Below are positions 7,531 to 17,513 of a stretch of 43,983 nt of DNA, piece after piece. Numbering within the stretch: the stretch's first letter is position 1; the number at the start of each line of letters is the position of its first letter. The DNA is from Candidatus Moranbacteria bacterium GW2011_GWE1_49_15 (GTDB lineage Bacteria; Patescibacteriota; Minisyncoccia; Moranbacterales; GWC2-37-73), in NCBI GenBank assembly GCA_001003855.1, contig LCPX01000011.1, forward strand, positions 3,681-47,663, given 5' to 3'. The translations under genes were made by a program, and so were the position numbers. The notes under the pieces are model-generated. The model saw only the letters and a program-made list of their open reading frames with translations. It made no database searches and was not told where the DNA came from.

Positions 7531-10500
7531 CTACCTCTGCGCCCAACCAAAGATGTCTTGGAAGTTGTTGACGATGATCTGGATGATGTTCTCTTTCCTC
7601 TTCGGGGTCAGCAGGGCGAAGTCGTTGGATTTGGCTTCGTTACCGGCCACGTCGATGGATTTGACGTTGAAGTAATAGACCGTTCCAGGCTTGAAGGTGG
7701 TGATGACCGCGATGTGGGAGGTGGTCATGACGTCTGAGACTTTGATCTCGTTTTCCTTCCCGGCCTTGCCTTCCTTGTAGATGATGGAGGTGTCGGAGTT
7801 TTCGTCCGTCTTCCAAGAAATGATGGCCTGGACTTTGTCGGACTGGGTCAGGGCCGAGTCGGTTCTGACCTGCTCGATCTTCGGGGAGTTTTCGTCGGTC
7901 GCGGTCTTGAATTTCTGGAAGGTTTCCTCGGTCTCGTTTCCGTCTTCGTCGCGGACTTTGAGCTTGAGGCCGAATTCCGTTCCGGAGGCGAGGTTCTTGA
8001 GGACCAGTTCGTGCCGGGTGGCGAAGTCCGTCTTTCCTTGGACTCCGGAATTGTCTTCGTCGTCGGAATCCGTGTATTCCACGAGCGTGTCGGTCGGAAC
8101 GTTGGTCTGGAAGGTTATCTTGGCCCCGTGTTCGGTGATCTCGTCCACTTTGAAGTCGGAGATCTTCGGAGGGGATTTCGGCTCGAAGGTGTTGTCGTTG
8201 GAAGCGAAGAGGTTTCCGTTCTCATCCTCTCCCAGTACGCGGAAGTGGTATGTTTCGCCGGATTCGAGGTCGGAGATGGTTATCTCGTGGTCCTTGGTCC
8301 TAGTGTTGGACTCTTTCTTGTCGCCATAGGAAGTCGTGAGCCCGTATTCGACCACCGAAGTCGTCGCGGTTCCGGTTTCCCAGGTGACGGTCGCTTGGTT
8401 CAATGCTTTGGAAAGGACCTTCACCGAAGAGAGCGAGGACGGTTCCTTGGTGGTGAACGAGGATTGAACGGATTGGGAAATGTTTCCGGCGGCGTCCGAG
8501 GAGATGGCCGTGAAGACGTATTTGGAAGCCGGGATGAGGTCACTGATAGTCACCGAATGAGCCGTCGTATAATTCTCGCTGCTGGTCAGCACGGTCGAAT
8601 CCCCGGCGATCTTGTTGAAGTCGCTTCCGTCCAGGCTGTACATCACGAGACTGTTGGCTTTCTCATTGGCCGTGTTCCAAGTGATGACCGCGCTTTCCCC
8701 CTTGAGTTCGGAAATGGAAACCGCGGATATCTCCGGCGCCGTAGTGTCACTGGAAGCGTCGATATCCCCCTGGCTCAAGGTTTTGTCGGAAGTCTGGAAG
8801 TCCTGGTCGTTGAGATAGGCAAAGGTGTTGCCGGCATCGAAACAGGTGATGTCGTAACTATAGAGGGTATCGGAGAACAGCAATCCGGTGATGGTTATCG
8901 TGTGGCTCTTTTTGAATTCGCTTTCTTCCAGCGTCACCCCTTCGTTCGAAGCGTCGTCTGGCCTCTTGTATTCGATGAAACATTTGGCCGACTGGTCGGT
9001 GCGGAACTCGATCACAGCCTTGTCGTTGGTGGTCACGTCGTCACTGATGAGCGTCACGCTCGAGAGCGCTCCGGTAGTGGTCAGCGTCAGGGAGCTGTCG
9101 TCGATATATGAGACCGTTTCCGTGGACAAAATGGAATCCGTCGCGGTTATCTTGAGATAATACTGCGTGGCTGAGTTTGGAAGGTCCGTAATCTTGACTA
9201 TGTGGCTGATGCCGTATTCCGATGCGCTGTCGGTGTAGTCCCCGATCTTATTTTTGCTGTTATCCGGATCGTGCACCAACTCGGCGTTGTCGAAGACCTC
9301 GACGTTCACGACGGTCGGCAAAGGATTGCTGTCATGGTCAGGGTTGGCGTCCGTGGTCTTGAAAGAAACCGTGGCCCCGCTGTTGGTCTCGGCCCCGATG
9401 GAGACGTCGTCGATGCTGACGACTGTATCGGAAAGCACCGTCCCTTCGCTCGGCACCTGGCAGGTGGTGTCGGAATATTTGGAATAGTTACCCTCGTCAT
9501 CCTTGAATCTCAAGCGGTAGCAATATTTATTGGTTTCGGAAAGGTCCTGGTGCAGGTGATAATTCACCGCGGAATCGGTTATGTTCGCCCGATCGTCGGT
9601 CGGCGAGCAATCCGCGTTCTCTTTGGCGGTCGAGCAATTCTTAAGGTCATACTCGGCGAAGTCCCCGCTTCCGTCCTGGACCGGCTGCGGCCAAAGGATG
9701 AAGATCCCCTTGAACGGAGGCTCGATGTCGAGATTGGTTATGTCGCTGTAAGAGATATCCTGAGGAGTTTCCGGAGCAACCGCCGTAGCTGTTGCCGATT
9801 CGTTTCCGGCCGCGTCCTTGAAGCGGACGCAGACTTTCTTGTAAGCCGAATAGTCGTCCGTGAAATTCACATCCTGTCCGCTCCCCCCTCCGCTATAGGT
9901 CTGGGCGAAAGTTCCGGGAAGATCGCAAGCCGCGAGCTCATCGCTGGAGGATCCAGTTTCATATGCGATTCCAGCGGAACTGTTAGTGTCCGTCGCGGTT
10001 ATCTTGAGCTGTCCGTTGTCACTACCTTTCGATCTGTCGAAGACTATGGAGCTGGTAGGAGAGGTAGTGTCGACAATGATCGTCTTGCCCGTTCCGATGC
10101 TGGAAACCAGCGACTGCGTGCTTGTTCCAGACTGCTCGACCATAGGAGACGCGGTATCGAAGACAGACTGCGAGACTATCGGGGTGTCGTCGTCGAGATC
10201 GAGATCGGATGAATCTTCCCCCGTCCCCGTAGCTCCGACCACATAAGGATTGGAGCCGGTGGTCAAGATGTTCCCGTTTTCGACGGTGTCCAAAGTGATC
10301 TCAGCCCCGTTATTGAGGGTTATGATCAGGTTTCCACTGGTTATGTCCTCATCATAGACGGCTGTGAATTTCATCTGGGTTCCGGGACCGTACAATCCGT
10401 TGTCCGTGTCGACGGAAATGGATTCAAGGACAGGTTCAGCGCTGTCGTAATTAAATTCGTCGCTGGCCGTTCCGGACGGATTACCAGCAGCATCTTCGAT

Positions 10501-13500
10501 CTTGGCTGTTATTTTTTCCAATTCGGGATCGTTCGTGGAGTCTCCTCCGCAGACAGGATTGGTTATCAGGAATTCCTCAAGTTCCACCGTGGCGTTGACC
10601 ACCTGTTTGTAATCCACGGGTCCGCACCAGGAAGCCCCGTCATCCATCGAGAAATAGATTTTCGCTCCAGCAAGACCTCCGAACGGATCCTCATCCGAAG
10701 CTACCAAAGTGATTTCCGGATTCTGCCTGCTGGCCTCGGCTATCTCGCTTCCGCCTTCCGTCACTTTGACCGAAGTCAGCGTCGGCGCCTTGGTGTCAAT
10801 GGAAAATCCTGAAAGGTTCGTCACCGGGTCTTCGGCCACCGCCGCATATGAACCGTCTATGATATTACCGGTCACGTCGAGCAGTGTCCCTTTTCCGTCG
10901 AGGACGTTTTGGGCGCTTACCGATTCCACTTTCAAATCCGCGACATCCTCATCTTGGACGACCGTGTATGTTCCGGTAAGCTCCCTTGAGGCGGATGGAT
11001 TGGTCAACGTGATGTCGTGGGCAGCGCTTCCGGTATTAAGCCTGACAGTCACGCTTCCTCCGGCCTGGATAGTCTTGTTGTAATTGGCGACCAAAGTGAA
11101 CTCGTCTCCCGCCTTATAGGCGCCGCTTTCCTGGGTGTTCCCATCTTCTTCGATAGTGAAGTAGTTTAGGATCGGAGGACTCGTATCGATGACTATCGTG
11201 CTTCCGTTATTGGCCAGGTTGTCGGCACTGTCGACCGACGCGCTCGATTGCGAAAGCACGTTGCCGGCGCGGTCGGTGATCGTCGAAGAGATTATTTCTT
11301 CCACTTCGATATAATCAGGGGTCGAATCGTAACCGGTCTTAGGTGGGCCTATGGTGAAGGATCCGGAAATCTCCGCGCTTCCCCCTTCGGAACTGAGATT
11401 CGCCCGCACATCGGCCTGCATCGGTCCGACTTTCACCTCAAGGTCGCCGGAAACCACCTCATCGTAGACGGCCGTGATATTGACATCCCCTCCTCCGGTC
11501 GGAAGCTCCACGGTGGAATCGGAGGAAGTCGAATAGAAATGCGAGAGGACCGGCGCCACGTTGTCGAAGGTCGCGCTCGTCACCTGGTCGTTGGCGGTGA
11601 ACACGTTTCCGGCCTGGTCGGTCGCCGTGACTGAGATGTCATAGGCGGTTCCACTCACCAGATTGATGGCTCCGCAGGTTCCCACCACGTTGATACCGTT
11701 GTGCTCGCCGTCATCCAGTTCGTTGCCCGAGAAGTTGCAGGACTGGTCGCTCGTTCCGTCACTGAAAGTCAGCTCCAATGACTCCAGTCTCTCAGTGAAC
11801 GGATCGTTTTCGATCGTGTAGCTGAAATCCGAAGCGTCCGTGATCGAATTGAAGAATCCGTCCGTATCAGGAGAGGTGATCGTCACGCTCGGCGCGTCCG
11901 TATCGAAAGCGATACCAGTGATGGCCGTGAAATCCCCAGGGTTTCCCGCCAAGTCCTCGGTCGCAAAATCCAAGGCGTATTTTGTTCCGTCGACCAAAGC
12001 CGGGTCGAAACTCGAAAGCGCGACGCTTTGCGATCCAGTGTCCGCCCTTTGTCCTTCAGTGAGTGTGTAAGTGTGCGCGGTTCCTTCAGCTTCCGCGCCT
12101 CCAGCTTCGGCCGTCAAAGTGATCGTTCCGCTGGCCAGCTGTTCGTCCAAAGTGAAGGTGATGCTTCCGTCGGCTTTCAGGTAGGCGTTCGCCGAAGGAG
12201 AGACCTCGCTCACCTGCGGAGGAACCGTGTCGATGATGATGGTCTTGGTCGCGGAAATGTTTCCTCCGGTGATCGAAAGCGAACCGTTTTGGTTATTGAA
12301 CGCGTCCTTGATGGTTCCCGTAACCGCCCTCACGTCCAAGGCCTCGGTCAATTGGTTCTGCCCGATGTCATATGCACAAGTCGCGGTCGTTCCGCTGATG
12401 GAATTTATGGTGCAATCATAATCAACATCCCCTGTTTCCAAGGTCAGTTTCACGTCGGTGACGGCCGTGACGTCCTCGGAAAATTCCGCCTGGACTGTCA
12501 ATGTCGCCCCCAAACCGTAAATTCCGGCGTCTTCCAGCACGGTGACGTTCACAAGCGAAGGATTTTCGTAATCCACCGTAATGGCGGTATCGAATTCATC
12601 GCTTCCCACCCTGTTGCCGAACGCGTCGTTGTCATTGGCCGCCACCTTGATCTTCACGTTTTCCAGTTTCGTTCCGGAAAGGGTTATGTTCGGTTCGTTT
12701 TTCGCGTCCCAATACGCGGTCTTCGCGTTTCCGTCTATGGAGGAAATGCCGGTGCTGTTGATTTGTCCGCTGACCTGGGTCGCCAAGAACCACACCGGAC
12801 TTCCGGCCGTATGGATCGACGATTCGGTCTTATAGTTGTCGCCGGCGAAGAAATCCTGGCTCCTGGTCACTCCCGAAAGAGTGGTGTTTCCGCTTTGCGA
12901 GGTATATGAAATCAGTTCGTTCCCGATCAGAACTTTTCCGGAGGAAGGTATCGGCGCATTGTTCGCGTTCGAAAGGACGATGTCTTCACTGCCGGTTTCC
13001 GTGGTGTCCTGGAAAAGCGTTATGCCGTCCGTCTGGTAGAAAATGGAAGGGTACGCCGTGTCCTGCTCATATATTCCGGATCCAGGAGCAGTTTCGGTTT
13101 CTTGGACGGTATAGTCGATTTTGACCCTTCCGTCGGATTGCTGGGAAGATCCGGTGACAGCGACGGTCGGAGTATTATTATATGAAAAGTCCACCGTCAC
13201 GTCCGAAAGGACCGGCGTCTGCGTCCCGTCGAACGAAGAAAGGAACACCGCATATTGAAGGAAGCGGTTGTCGTGGTCGCCTTGCAAGCCGTTTATGGCG
13301 TCGTCGAGTCCCTGTTTGTCGGTGTAATATGAGTCGGCGAAAGTGTTCCCGTCGGCCGAGCATGAAGTCGGCCCGCACCAAAGAGCCAAGGAAAGTCCCG
13401 CCTGCGAAGTGGCACTGCGGAGTTGGAACTTCACTTGCCCTTGCGTAGCGGAATCGTCGTTGGTCGCGCTCCAGGAAACTTTTCCGATCGAGGTGTATTT

Positions 13501-16500
13501 ATCAGTCGTGTCAAATATTGAAGAAAGCAGGTTCTGGGCCGTCGTCGGATAGTATGAAAAACCGAGAGCAACGTCATCGAGAGCCGGGCTTTGCGAATAT
13601 GGCGAAGCCGATACCAATGCGGCCTGATATTGGACATACCGGTCACCGGCAGTCATACAGCCATTTGGAGAAAGGATTTGCGAAGCCTGTGTGATGGCGA
13701 CGGCGTTAGCAGCGCAACTCGCCCAAGTCTTGTCTCCGGCATCCTCCGCACTGCAATTATCGGTAGTGCAAGAACGGACATTGACATTCATCGTTTGTCC
13801 ATTAAGCGTACTGTTGACAGTCGAATCCCTCCAGGAAAAATTCTTTTGCCCCGTATCGATCACTCCGGAAGTGAAAGTCCCCGGGGTGTTATATGTCAGT
13901 TCCGGGGTCGAAGTCGTCGCAGTCGGAACGGTCGTCCAACCTGAATTAATCGTATTGGCCTTAAGATGGATGCGCCCTACGCCTCCCGCTCCCCAGTACC
14001 ACCACTCCATACCCTCATCGCCCCCATCGTCCGCCGAACCGCCGGAAGCGTCTAATTTGGCCAAGCCCACATCGACGGAATCCGCCAAAACATAGACCGA
14101 CCCTCCTGAGCCTCCCAATTCGCCTTTGCTATTGATGTTTCCACTTACCGTAACGCTCGAAGCTGTCATGTGGATTATACCTCCTCCGTCTCCTTGCGAT
14201 CCACTGCCCAAATGCATCACGTTGGGGAAAGTGCTTCCATACTGGGTTCCAATGCTAGCCGTTACTCCGCAAGGAGCTGGGGCAGTACCATTACCTCCAT
14301 AACTCGCCCCTCCCCATACATAAACCCACTCACTGCAATCACCTTGATTAAATCCTCCACCTCCGATATTGGCCGCGGTAGTTGTCGTTCCCAATCCCTT
14401 GATCGATTCCCCCTGCCTGTCGGTACTGGAATTATGACTGCTGTATCTATCCCCATCTCTGTATCCTTTGATGCTCATATCGATCTGCCCTCCGCTCTGC
14501 ACATCAACAGTGTCCTGGGCAAAAAATACCAACGCCCCTCCATTGGTTCCGTTCCAAGCATTGGCGGTTAAAGTCCCCGTGCCAGAAACAGTCACGTTGG
14601 AATATTGCGGAATCCTTTGCAAAATGACCCGCTGACTGGAGGCGTCCATTCCTATATTCAAATCATTAGACCCTCCGTCACCATAATACTTAGCTTTGCC
14701 TGATTTGAAAGTTATGCTCCCCGTAGAAGAGGAATACGATCCGACTTCCAAAATCTCATAATTTCCCACGTTTGTGACGCTCGAAGCTGATCCTTGCAGA
14801 TTGATCAACAGCATCTTATCATCGGCGGCCAAACAGCCTCCGAAAGCGAATGATTTGCTCACCTCTCCGAACCTGCTTGTATCCCCTCCCATCAAAACCG
14901 TCCCGGTGTTAGCACTATAAGCCATCGCTTTCAAGACCGAGGCTCCCCAAAAAGACGATATGGAGGAGGATATGTTCCTGGCGACAGCATTACTTGCCAA
15001 ATCGTATTTGGCCAATAACCCGTTATAGGAACCCAAGTAAATTATCCCGCTTGCAGGATCTAGAGCTAAAGAATTCACTTGATTAGTTCCCCAGAACGGG
15101 TTTATATTGTTGATCAGGCTCGAGGCTGTGTCGGTGGCAGGGTTATATTTGCCGAATTTTCCGCTTGTGCCTCCTAAGTAAATTTCCCCGCTGGTCGGAT
15201 CTTTGATGGCCGCATATATCGGGTTAGATGCGAAAAAGGATGATATCTTACTTGTCAAACTAACGCCTGCTCCGCTGCCGATATTATATCTTCCAAACCT
15301 TCCCGAATCGCCAGCCAAATAAATCACATTACTATCAGGGTCAAGGATAAGATTTTTTATGTTATGGCTGGACGTGAAAATACCGGAAACGTTGGAGGTC
15401 AGATTCGTAAAGACGCCCGTATCCGGATTGTATTTGCCGAATTTCCCACTGGATCCGGAAAAATAAACTTCGCCGCTGGACGCGTCGACTGCGATCGCAA
15501 CGACATTTGGACTTGTTCCGAACAGAGTAGTGACTTGGGAGGTGAAATCCGTCGTCACGCCCCCGCTTAGGTCGTATTTACCGAGCCTTCCACTGGCTCC
15601 TCCCATGTATACCGTGTTCCTGGCCAAATCTATACCCAAAGTATTCACGGCGTATATGCCGCCGAAAATGGGGGCAGCGTTCGGCGTGAGATCGGTAGCC
15701 GTCTGGGTGGCAGGATCATATTTGGCCAATTTTCCTGAACTACCCCCGATATAAGCCTCGCCGGTAGCCGTATTGAATTTTATGACATTCACCGCAGCGC
15801 TTCCCCAATTAAGCTTGCTTTTCCAATCGGAAGCGTTGAAATTAGGCTCAATCATAGCTCCTTCGGAACTCAAGGAAGCCACGTTATACGTCTTCCCGTC
15901 CGCACAAGTCCTACCACTGTTTCCATTGGTCTGGGTGTTTATATTGAAAGTTCCCGTGACATTCAATGTCCCGTCCGCCCCGGAACCGGTATCCAATGAG
16001 GCTGAGGTCGTGAGTTTCACGCTTTCCCCGGAAACCTCCGTCTGATCAAATGTGGCTCCGGAAAGGTTGAATCCAGTTTCCGTCGTTCCACTGTCGGTCT
16101 GCGTCTTCGATCCGTTTTGTGAAGCCAATTTCATCTCGCCTAAGACGGAAGTGTCGATCTCCTGCTTGGACTCATAAGTAATCTGGTCGTTTTCTGTTCC
16201 GTTTTTAACGATTTCCGATCCGGGAGTGGCTGCCGCATCCCAAGAACTCTGCGTCCAGCTGTAGTTCGCCGCGCCGGACCTCGAAGGGTTGAAGATCAGC
16301 GGCGAAACCATCGCCGCGATCAGCACCATCGCCAAAGCGGACGAGAGCGAGACCGTCACCGTGCGGAATTTCTTCTGGTATCTTTTCAGGTCCGAGTAGG
16401 AATTGAAAGACAGCGAGCAGACGATTTTCCCGCTTTTATCCTTTTGACACTGCTGGATGCGCAGGTGGTTGTCCGCGGAGGACTTGAAAAGAAGTTGCGC

Positions 16501-16569
16501 GTGATCTTTGAAAAGAAGTTTAAGCTTATGCATCGCGGATCTAAATCCGTCGGAAAAAATCTTTTTCAT
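7531..16569 (-). CDS. Giant membrane-anchored surface protein (3,012 aa) with propeller-like repeats, a Gly-rich beta-helix-like region, Ig-like modules and C-terminal FN3-like modules
   Basis: This is a single 9,039-nt ORF. The N-terminal TM helix is VTVSLSSALAMVLIAAMVSPLIF. About seven repeats of roughly 45 aa share the core GxSGK(F/L)(G/A)KY(N/D)xxT (nt about 14845-15745). Many modules open with (I/V)DTxxP. Six to seven FN3-like modules occupy nt about 7600-9600. Confidence 0.92.
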   Translation of the reverse strand: MKKIFSDGFRSAMHKLKLLFKDHAQLLFKSSADNHLRIQQCQKDKSGKIVCSLSFNSYSDLKRYQKKFRTVTVSLSSALAMVLIAAMVSPLIFNPSRSGAANYSWTQSSWDAAATPGSEIVKNGTENDQITYESKQEIDTSVLGEMKLASQNGSKTQTDSGTTETGFNLSGATFDQTEVSGESVKLTTSASLDTGSGADGTLNVTGTFNINTQTNGNSGRTCADGKTYNVASLSSEGAMIEPNFNASDWKSKLNWGSAAVNVIKFNTATGEAYIGGSSGKLAKYDPATQTATDLTPNAAPIFGGIYAVNTLGIDLARNTVYMGGASGRLGKYDLSGGVTTDFTSQVTTLFGTSPNVVAIAVDASSGEVYFSGSSGKFGKYNPDTGVFTNLTSNVSGIFTSSHNIKNLILDPDSNVIYLAGDSGRFGRYNIGSGAGVSLTSKISSFFASNPIYAAIKDPTSGEIYLGGTSGKFGKYNPATDTASSLINNINPFWGTNQVNSLALDPASGIIYLGSYNGLLAKYDLASNAVARNISSSISSFWGASVLKAMAYSANTGTVLMGGDTSRFGEVSKSFAFGGCLAADDKMLLINLQGSASSVTNVGNYEILEVGSYSSSTGSITFKSGKAKYYGDGGSNDLNIGMDASSQRVILQRIPQYSNVTVSGTGTLTANAWNGTNGGALVFFAQDTVDVQSGGQIDMSIKGYRDGDRYSSHNSSTDRQGESIKGLGTTTTAANIGGGGFNQGDCSEWVYVWGGASYGGNGTAPAPCGVTASIGTQYGSTFPNVMHLGSGSQGDGGGIIHMTASSVTVSGNINSKGELGGSGGSVYVLADSVDVGLAKLDASGGSADDGGDEGMEWWYWGAGGVGRIHLKANTINSGWTTVPTATTSTPELTYNTPGTFTSGVIDTGQKNFSWRDSTVNSTLNGQTMNVNVRSCTTDNCSAEDAGDKTWASCAANAVAITQASQILSPNGCMTAGDRYVQYQAALVSASPYSQSPALDDVALGFSYYPTTAQNLLSSIFDTTDKYTSIGKVSWSATNDDSATQGQVKFQLRSATSQAGLSLALWCGPTSCSADGNTFADSYYTDKQGLDDAINGLQGDHDNRFLQYAVFLSSFDGTQTPVLSDVTVDFSYNNTPTVAVTGSSQQSDGRVKIDYTVQETETAPGSGIYEQDTAYPSIFYQTDGITLFQDTTETGSEDIVLSNANNAPIPSSGKVLIGNELISYTSQSGNTTLSGVTRSQDFFAGDNYKTESSIHTAGSPVWFLATQVSGQINSTGISSIDGNAKTAYWDAKNEPNITLSGTKLENVKIKVAANDNDAFGNRVGSDEFDTAITVDYENPSLVNVTVLEDAGIYGLGATLTVQAEFSEDVTAVTDVKLTLETGDVDYDCTINSISGTTATCAYDIGQNQLTEALDVRAVTGTIKDAFNNQNGSLSITGGNISATKTIIIDTVPPQVSEVSPSANAYLKADGSITFTLDEQLASGTITLTAEAGGAEAEGTAHTYTLTEGQRADTGSQSVALSSFDPALVDGTKYALDFATEDLAGNPGDFTAITGIAFDTDAPSVTITSPDTDGFFNSITDASDFSYTIENDPFTERLESLELTFSDGTSDQSCNFSGNELDDGEHNGINVVGTCGAINLVSGTAYDISVTATDQAGNVFTANDQVTSATFDNVAPVLSHFYSTSSDSTVELPTGGGDVNITAVYDEVVSGDLEVKVGPMQADVRANLSSEGGSAEISGSFTIGPPKTGYDSTPDYIEVEEIISSTITDRAGNVLSQSSASVDSADNLANNGSTIVIDTSPPILNYFTIEEDGNTQESGAYKAGDEFTLVANYNKTIQAGGSVTVRLNTGSAAHDITLTNPSASRELTGTYTVVQDEDVADLKVESVSAQNVLDGKGTLLDVTGNIIDGSYAAVAEDPVTNLSGFSIDTKAPTLTSVKVTEGGSEIAEASRQNPEITLVASDEDPFGGLAGAKIYFSMDDGASWCGPVDYKQVVNATVELEEFLITNPVCGGDSTNDPELEKITAKIEDAAGNPSGTASDEFNYDSAEPVLESISVDTDNGLYGPGTQMKFTAVYDEDITSGNLIITLNNGAEITLDTVENGNILTTGSNPYVVGATGTGEDSSDLDLDDDTPIVSQSVFDTASPMVEQSGTSTQSLVSSIGTGKTIIVDTTSPTSSIVFDRSKGSDNGQLKITATDTNSSAGIAYETGSSSDELAACDLPGTFAQTYSGGGSGQDVNFTDDYSAYKKVCVRFKDAAGNESATATAVAPETPQDISYSDITNLDIEPPFKGIFILWPQPVQDGSGDFAEYDLKNCSTAKENADCSPTDDRANITDSAVNYHLHQDLSETNKYCYRLRFKDDEGNYSKYSDTTCQVPSEGTVLSDTVVSIDDVSIGAETNSGATVSFKTTDANPDHDSNPLPTVVNVEVFDNAELVHDPDNSKNKIGDYTDSASEYGISHIVKITDLPNSATQYYLKITATDSILSTETVSYIDDSSLTLTTTGALSSVTLISDDVTTNDKAVIEFRTDQSAKCFIEYKRPDDASNEGVTLEESEFKKSHTITITGLLFSDTLYSYDITCFDAGNTFAYLNDQDFQTSDKTLSQGDIDASSDTTAPEISAVSISELKGESAVITWNTANEKANSLVMYSLDGSDFNKIAGDSTVLTSSENYTTAHSVTISDLIPASKYVFTAISSDAAGNISQSVQSSFTTKEPSSLSSVKVLSKALNQATVTWETGTATTSVVEYGLTTSYGDKKESNTRTKDHEITISDLESGETYHFRVLGEDENGNLFASNDNTFEPKSPPKISDFKVDEITEHGAKITFQTNVPTDTLVEYTDSDDEDNSGVQGKTDFATRHELVLKNLASGTEFGLKLKVRDEDGNETEETFQKFKTATDENSPKIEQVRTDSALTQSDKVQAIISWKTDENSDTSIIYKEGKAGKENEIKVSDVMTTSHIAVITTFKPGTVYYFNVKSIDVAGNEAKSNDFALLTPKRKENIIQIIVNNFQDIFGWAQR

Positions 16570-16611
16570 TTTTATTTTTTTTGAAAACTTAAAGAAATAT
16601 TAGTCAAAATA

Positions 16612-16620
16612 ATTATATCA
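16612..16620 (-). promoter_or_regulatory. Candidate extended -10 promoter of the giant gene
   Basis: The minus strand reads TGaTATAAT, about 45 nt upstream of the ATG at 16569. Confidence 0.4.
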
Positions 16621-16651
16621 TAAATTCCCCGAATCCCGAACATTCCCCATC

Positions 16652-16675
16652 GGAGTCCCGTGGGAGCTTAGCTCC
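16652..16675. repeat. Degenerate copy of the 35-nt palindrome (family 1)
   Basis: gggagcttagctcc (16662-16675) is intact. The partner arm is reduced to ggagtccc, an apparent 6-nt internal deletion. It lies just 3' of the Y1 transposase-like gene. Confidence 0.55.
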
Positions 16676-16766
16676 TATTTTGCTATTCCAGGCAATACCT
16701 CACCGCCAATTTCTTGCCCTTCAGATACAAAGCATTATCCTCCAAGAATTTTTCATAAGCCATACT

Positions 16767-16801
16767 GGAAGCTAAGCTCCCAAAAGGGGAGCTTAGCTTC
16801 C
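16767..16801. repeat. 35-nt palindrome family 1, copy inside the Y1 gene
   Basis: ggaagctaagctccc / aaaag / gggagcttagcttcc with perfect 15-nt arms. It is translated in frame as KLSSPFGSLAS. Confidence 0.85.
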
Positions 16802-16899
16802 AGTCTTCGAATTGCCCCAAGACGACATCCTTATTACATAATGTTCCGCTTCTTTTCCCTAAATAATCCGGCGCGCTGCAATATTTCCACCCATCCAAA

Positions 16900-16931
16900 G
16901 GAGCTAAGCTCCCATTTGGGAGTTTAGCTCC
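16900..16931. repeat. Palindrome family 1, copy inside the Y1 gene
   Basis: ggagctaagctccc / attt / gggagtttagctcc with one mismatch. It is translated in frame as AKLPNGSLAP. Confidence 0.8.
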
Positions 16932-17207
16932 TTTATCCTCATAGCTGTGGATAAAATGATTGCGATTCACATAAGCAGACAGATACAAGAGATATTCATT
17001 GGAATCGACATGGATGGCTTTGAACGGTCCTTGAAATAGTGATCCGCTTCTTTCGTTTTTCTTGTTAAAGTAATTCGTATAGCCCGTGCTTACTTTGTGC
17101 ATGAATTTTTCAATTCCCCTTTCGGAAACCTGTTTCAATATCAGATGGTAATGGTTGGGATTGAGGCAATACGCGATGATTTCAACAAGCGGATCCGCAG
17201 AAACAAA

Positions 17208-17242
17208 GGAAGCTAAGCTCCCTTTGTGGGAGCTTAGCTTCC
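17208..17242. repeat. Palindrome family 1, copy inside the Y1 gene
   Basis: ggaagctaagctccc / tttgt / gggagcttagcttcc with perfect arms. It is translated in frame as KLSSHKGSLAS. Confidence 0.85.
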
Positions 17243-17445
17243 TTAATTGCAAAGATTTTTCATAAAGGCTACCAATCGCATCCTCCTAATTGAATTCGCG
17301 CAAACAAGTCAGAAACCTGACGTAACCACTATCATCCGAAAAAACCTCGCGCTTATCCACGCCTCTGTTATATATGTGGTAATATTCGTCGTTGGCAAAT
17401 TTCACTTTGCGCATACATATTAACCGTATTTATCTTAATATCATT

Positions 17446-17454
17446 ATTATACCA
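17446..17454 (-). promoter_or_regulatory. Extended -10 element (TGGTATAAT) upstream of the Y1 gene
   Basis: The plus strand reads attatacca, 32 nt upstream of the ATG at 17414. Confidence 0.4.
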
Positions 17455-17464
17455 CAAAAAACGC

Positions 17465-17491
17465 AAAAATCGGAGTTCGACTCCGATTTTT
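17465..17491 (-). terminator. Rho-independent terminator built on a family-2 palindrome
   Basis: aaaaatcggag / ttcga / ctccgattttt. On the minus strand it is followed by tttttgcgtttttt. It lies downstream of the gene ending at 17570. Confidence 0.75.
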
Positions 17492-17513
17492 AATAGAAAA
17501 CTTTCACTAGGCG

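Larger units (their letters stand above)
16683..17414 (-). pseudogene. IS200/IS605-type Y1 (HUH) transposase-like / RAYT-like gene with an in-frame TAG
   Basis: The ORF-track ORF 16683..17252 carries the HUH motif (NPNHYHLIL), SGSLFQG and YLSAYVNRN. The same frame continues upstream past TAG (17286-17288) to the ATG at 17414, encoding MRKVKFANDEYYHIYNRGVDKREVFSDD..., the family N-terminus. Confidence 0.75.

Noticed and set aside
8011-12909. Long plus-strand ORFs inside the giant gene (for example 8011..9111 at 366 aa, 9202..10212 at 336 aa, and 12028..12909 at 293 aa).
   Set aside because: They are antisense shadows of a 9-kb gene whose sense frame has coherent domain repeats. Their translations are Arg/Gly/Val-rich low-complexity sequence with no ribosome-binding sites.
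7531-16569. Diversity-generating retroelement target (VR/TR pair) in the giant surface protein.
   Set aside because: There is no reverse-transcriptase gene in the window. I could not find a near-identical 100-150-nt template repeat by eye. It cannot be excluded without a computational self-alignment.
17286-17288. Stop-codon reassignment (an alternative genetic code, as in some CPR lineages) as the explanation for the in-frame TAG.
   Set aside because: All three stop codons end well-defined genes that are followed by terminators in this window (TGA at 2096 and 19737, TAG at 17570 and 28293, TAA at 6999). The known CPR recoding affects UGA, not UAG. A single lesion is the simpler explanation.
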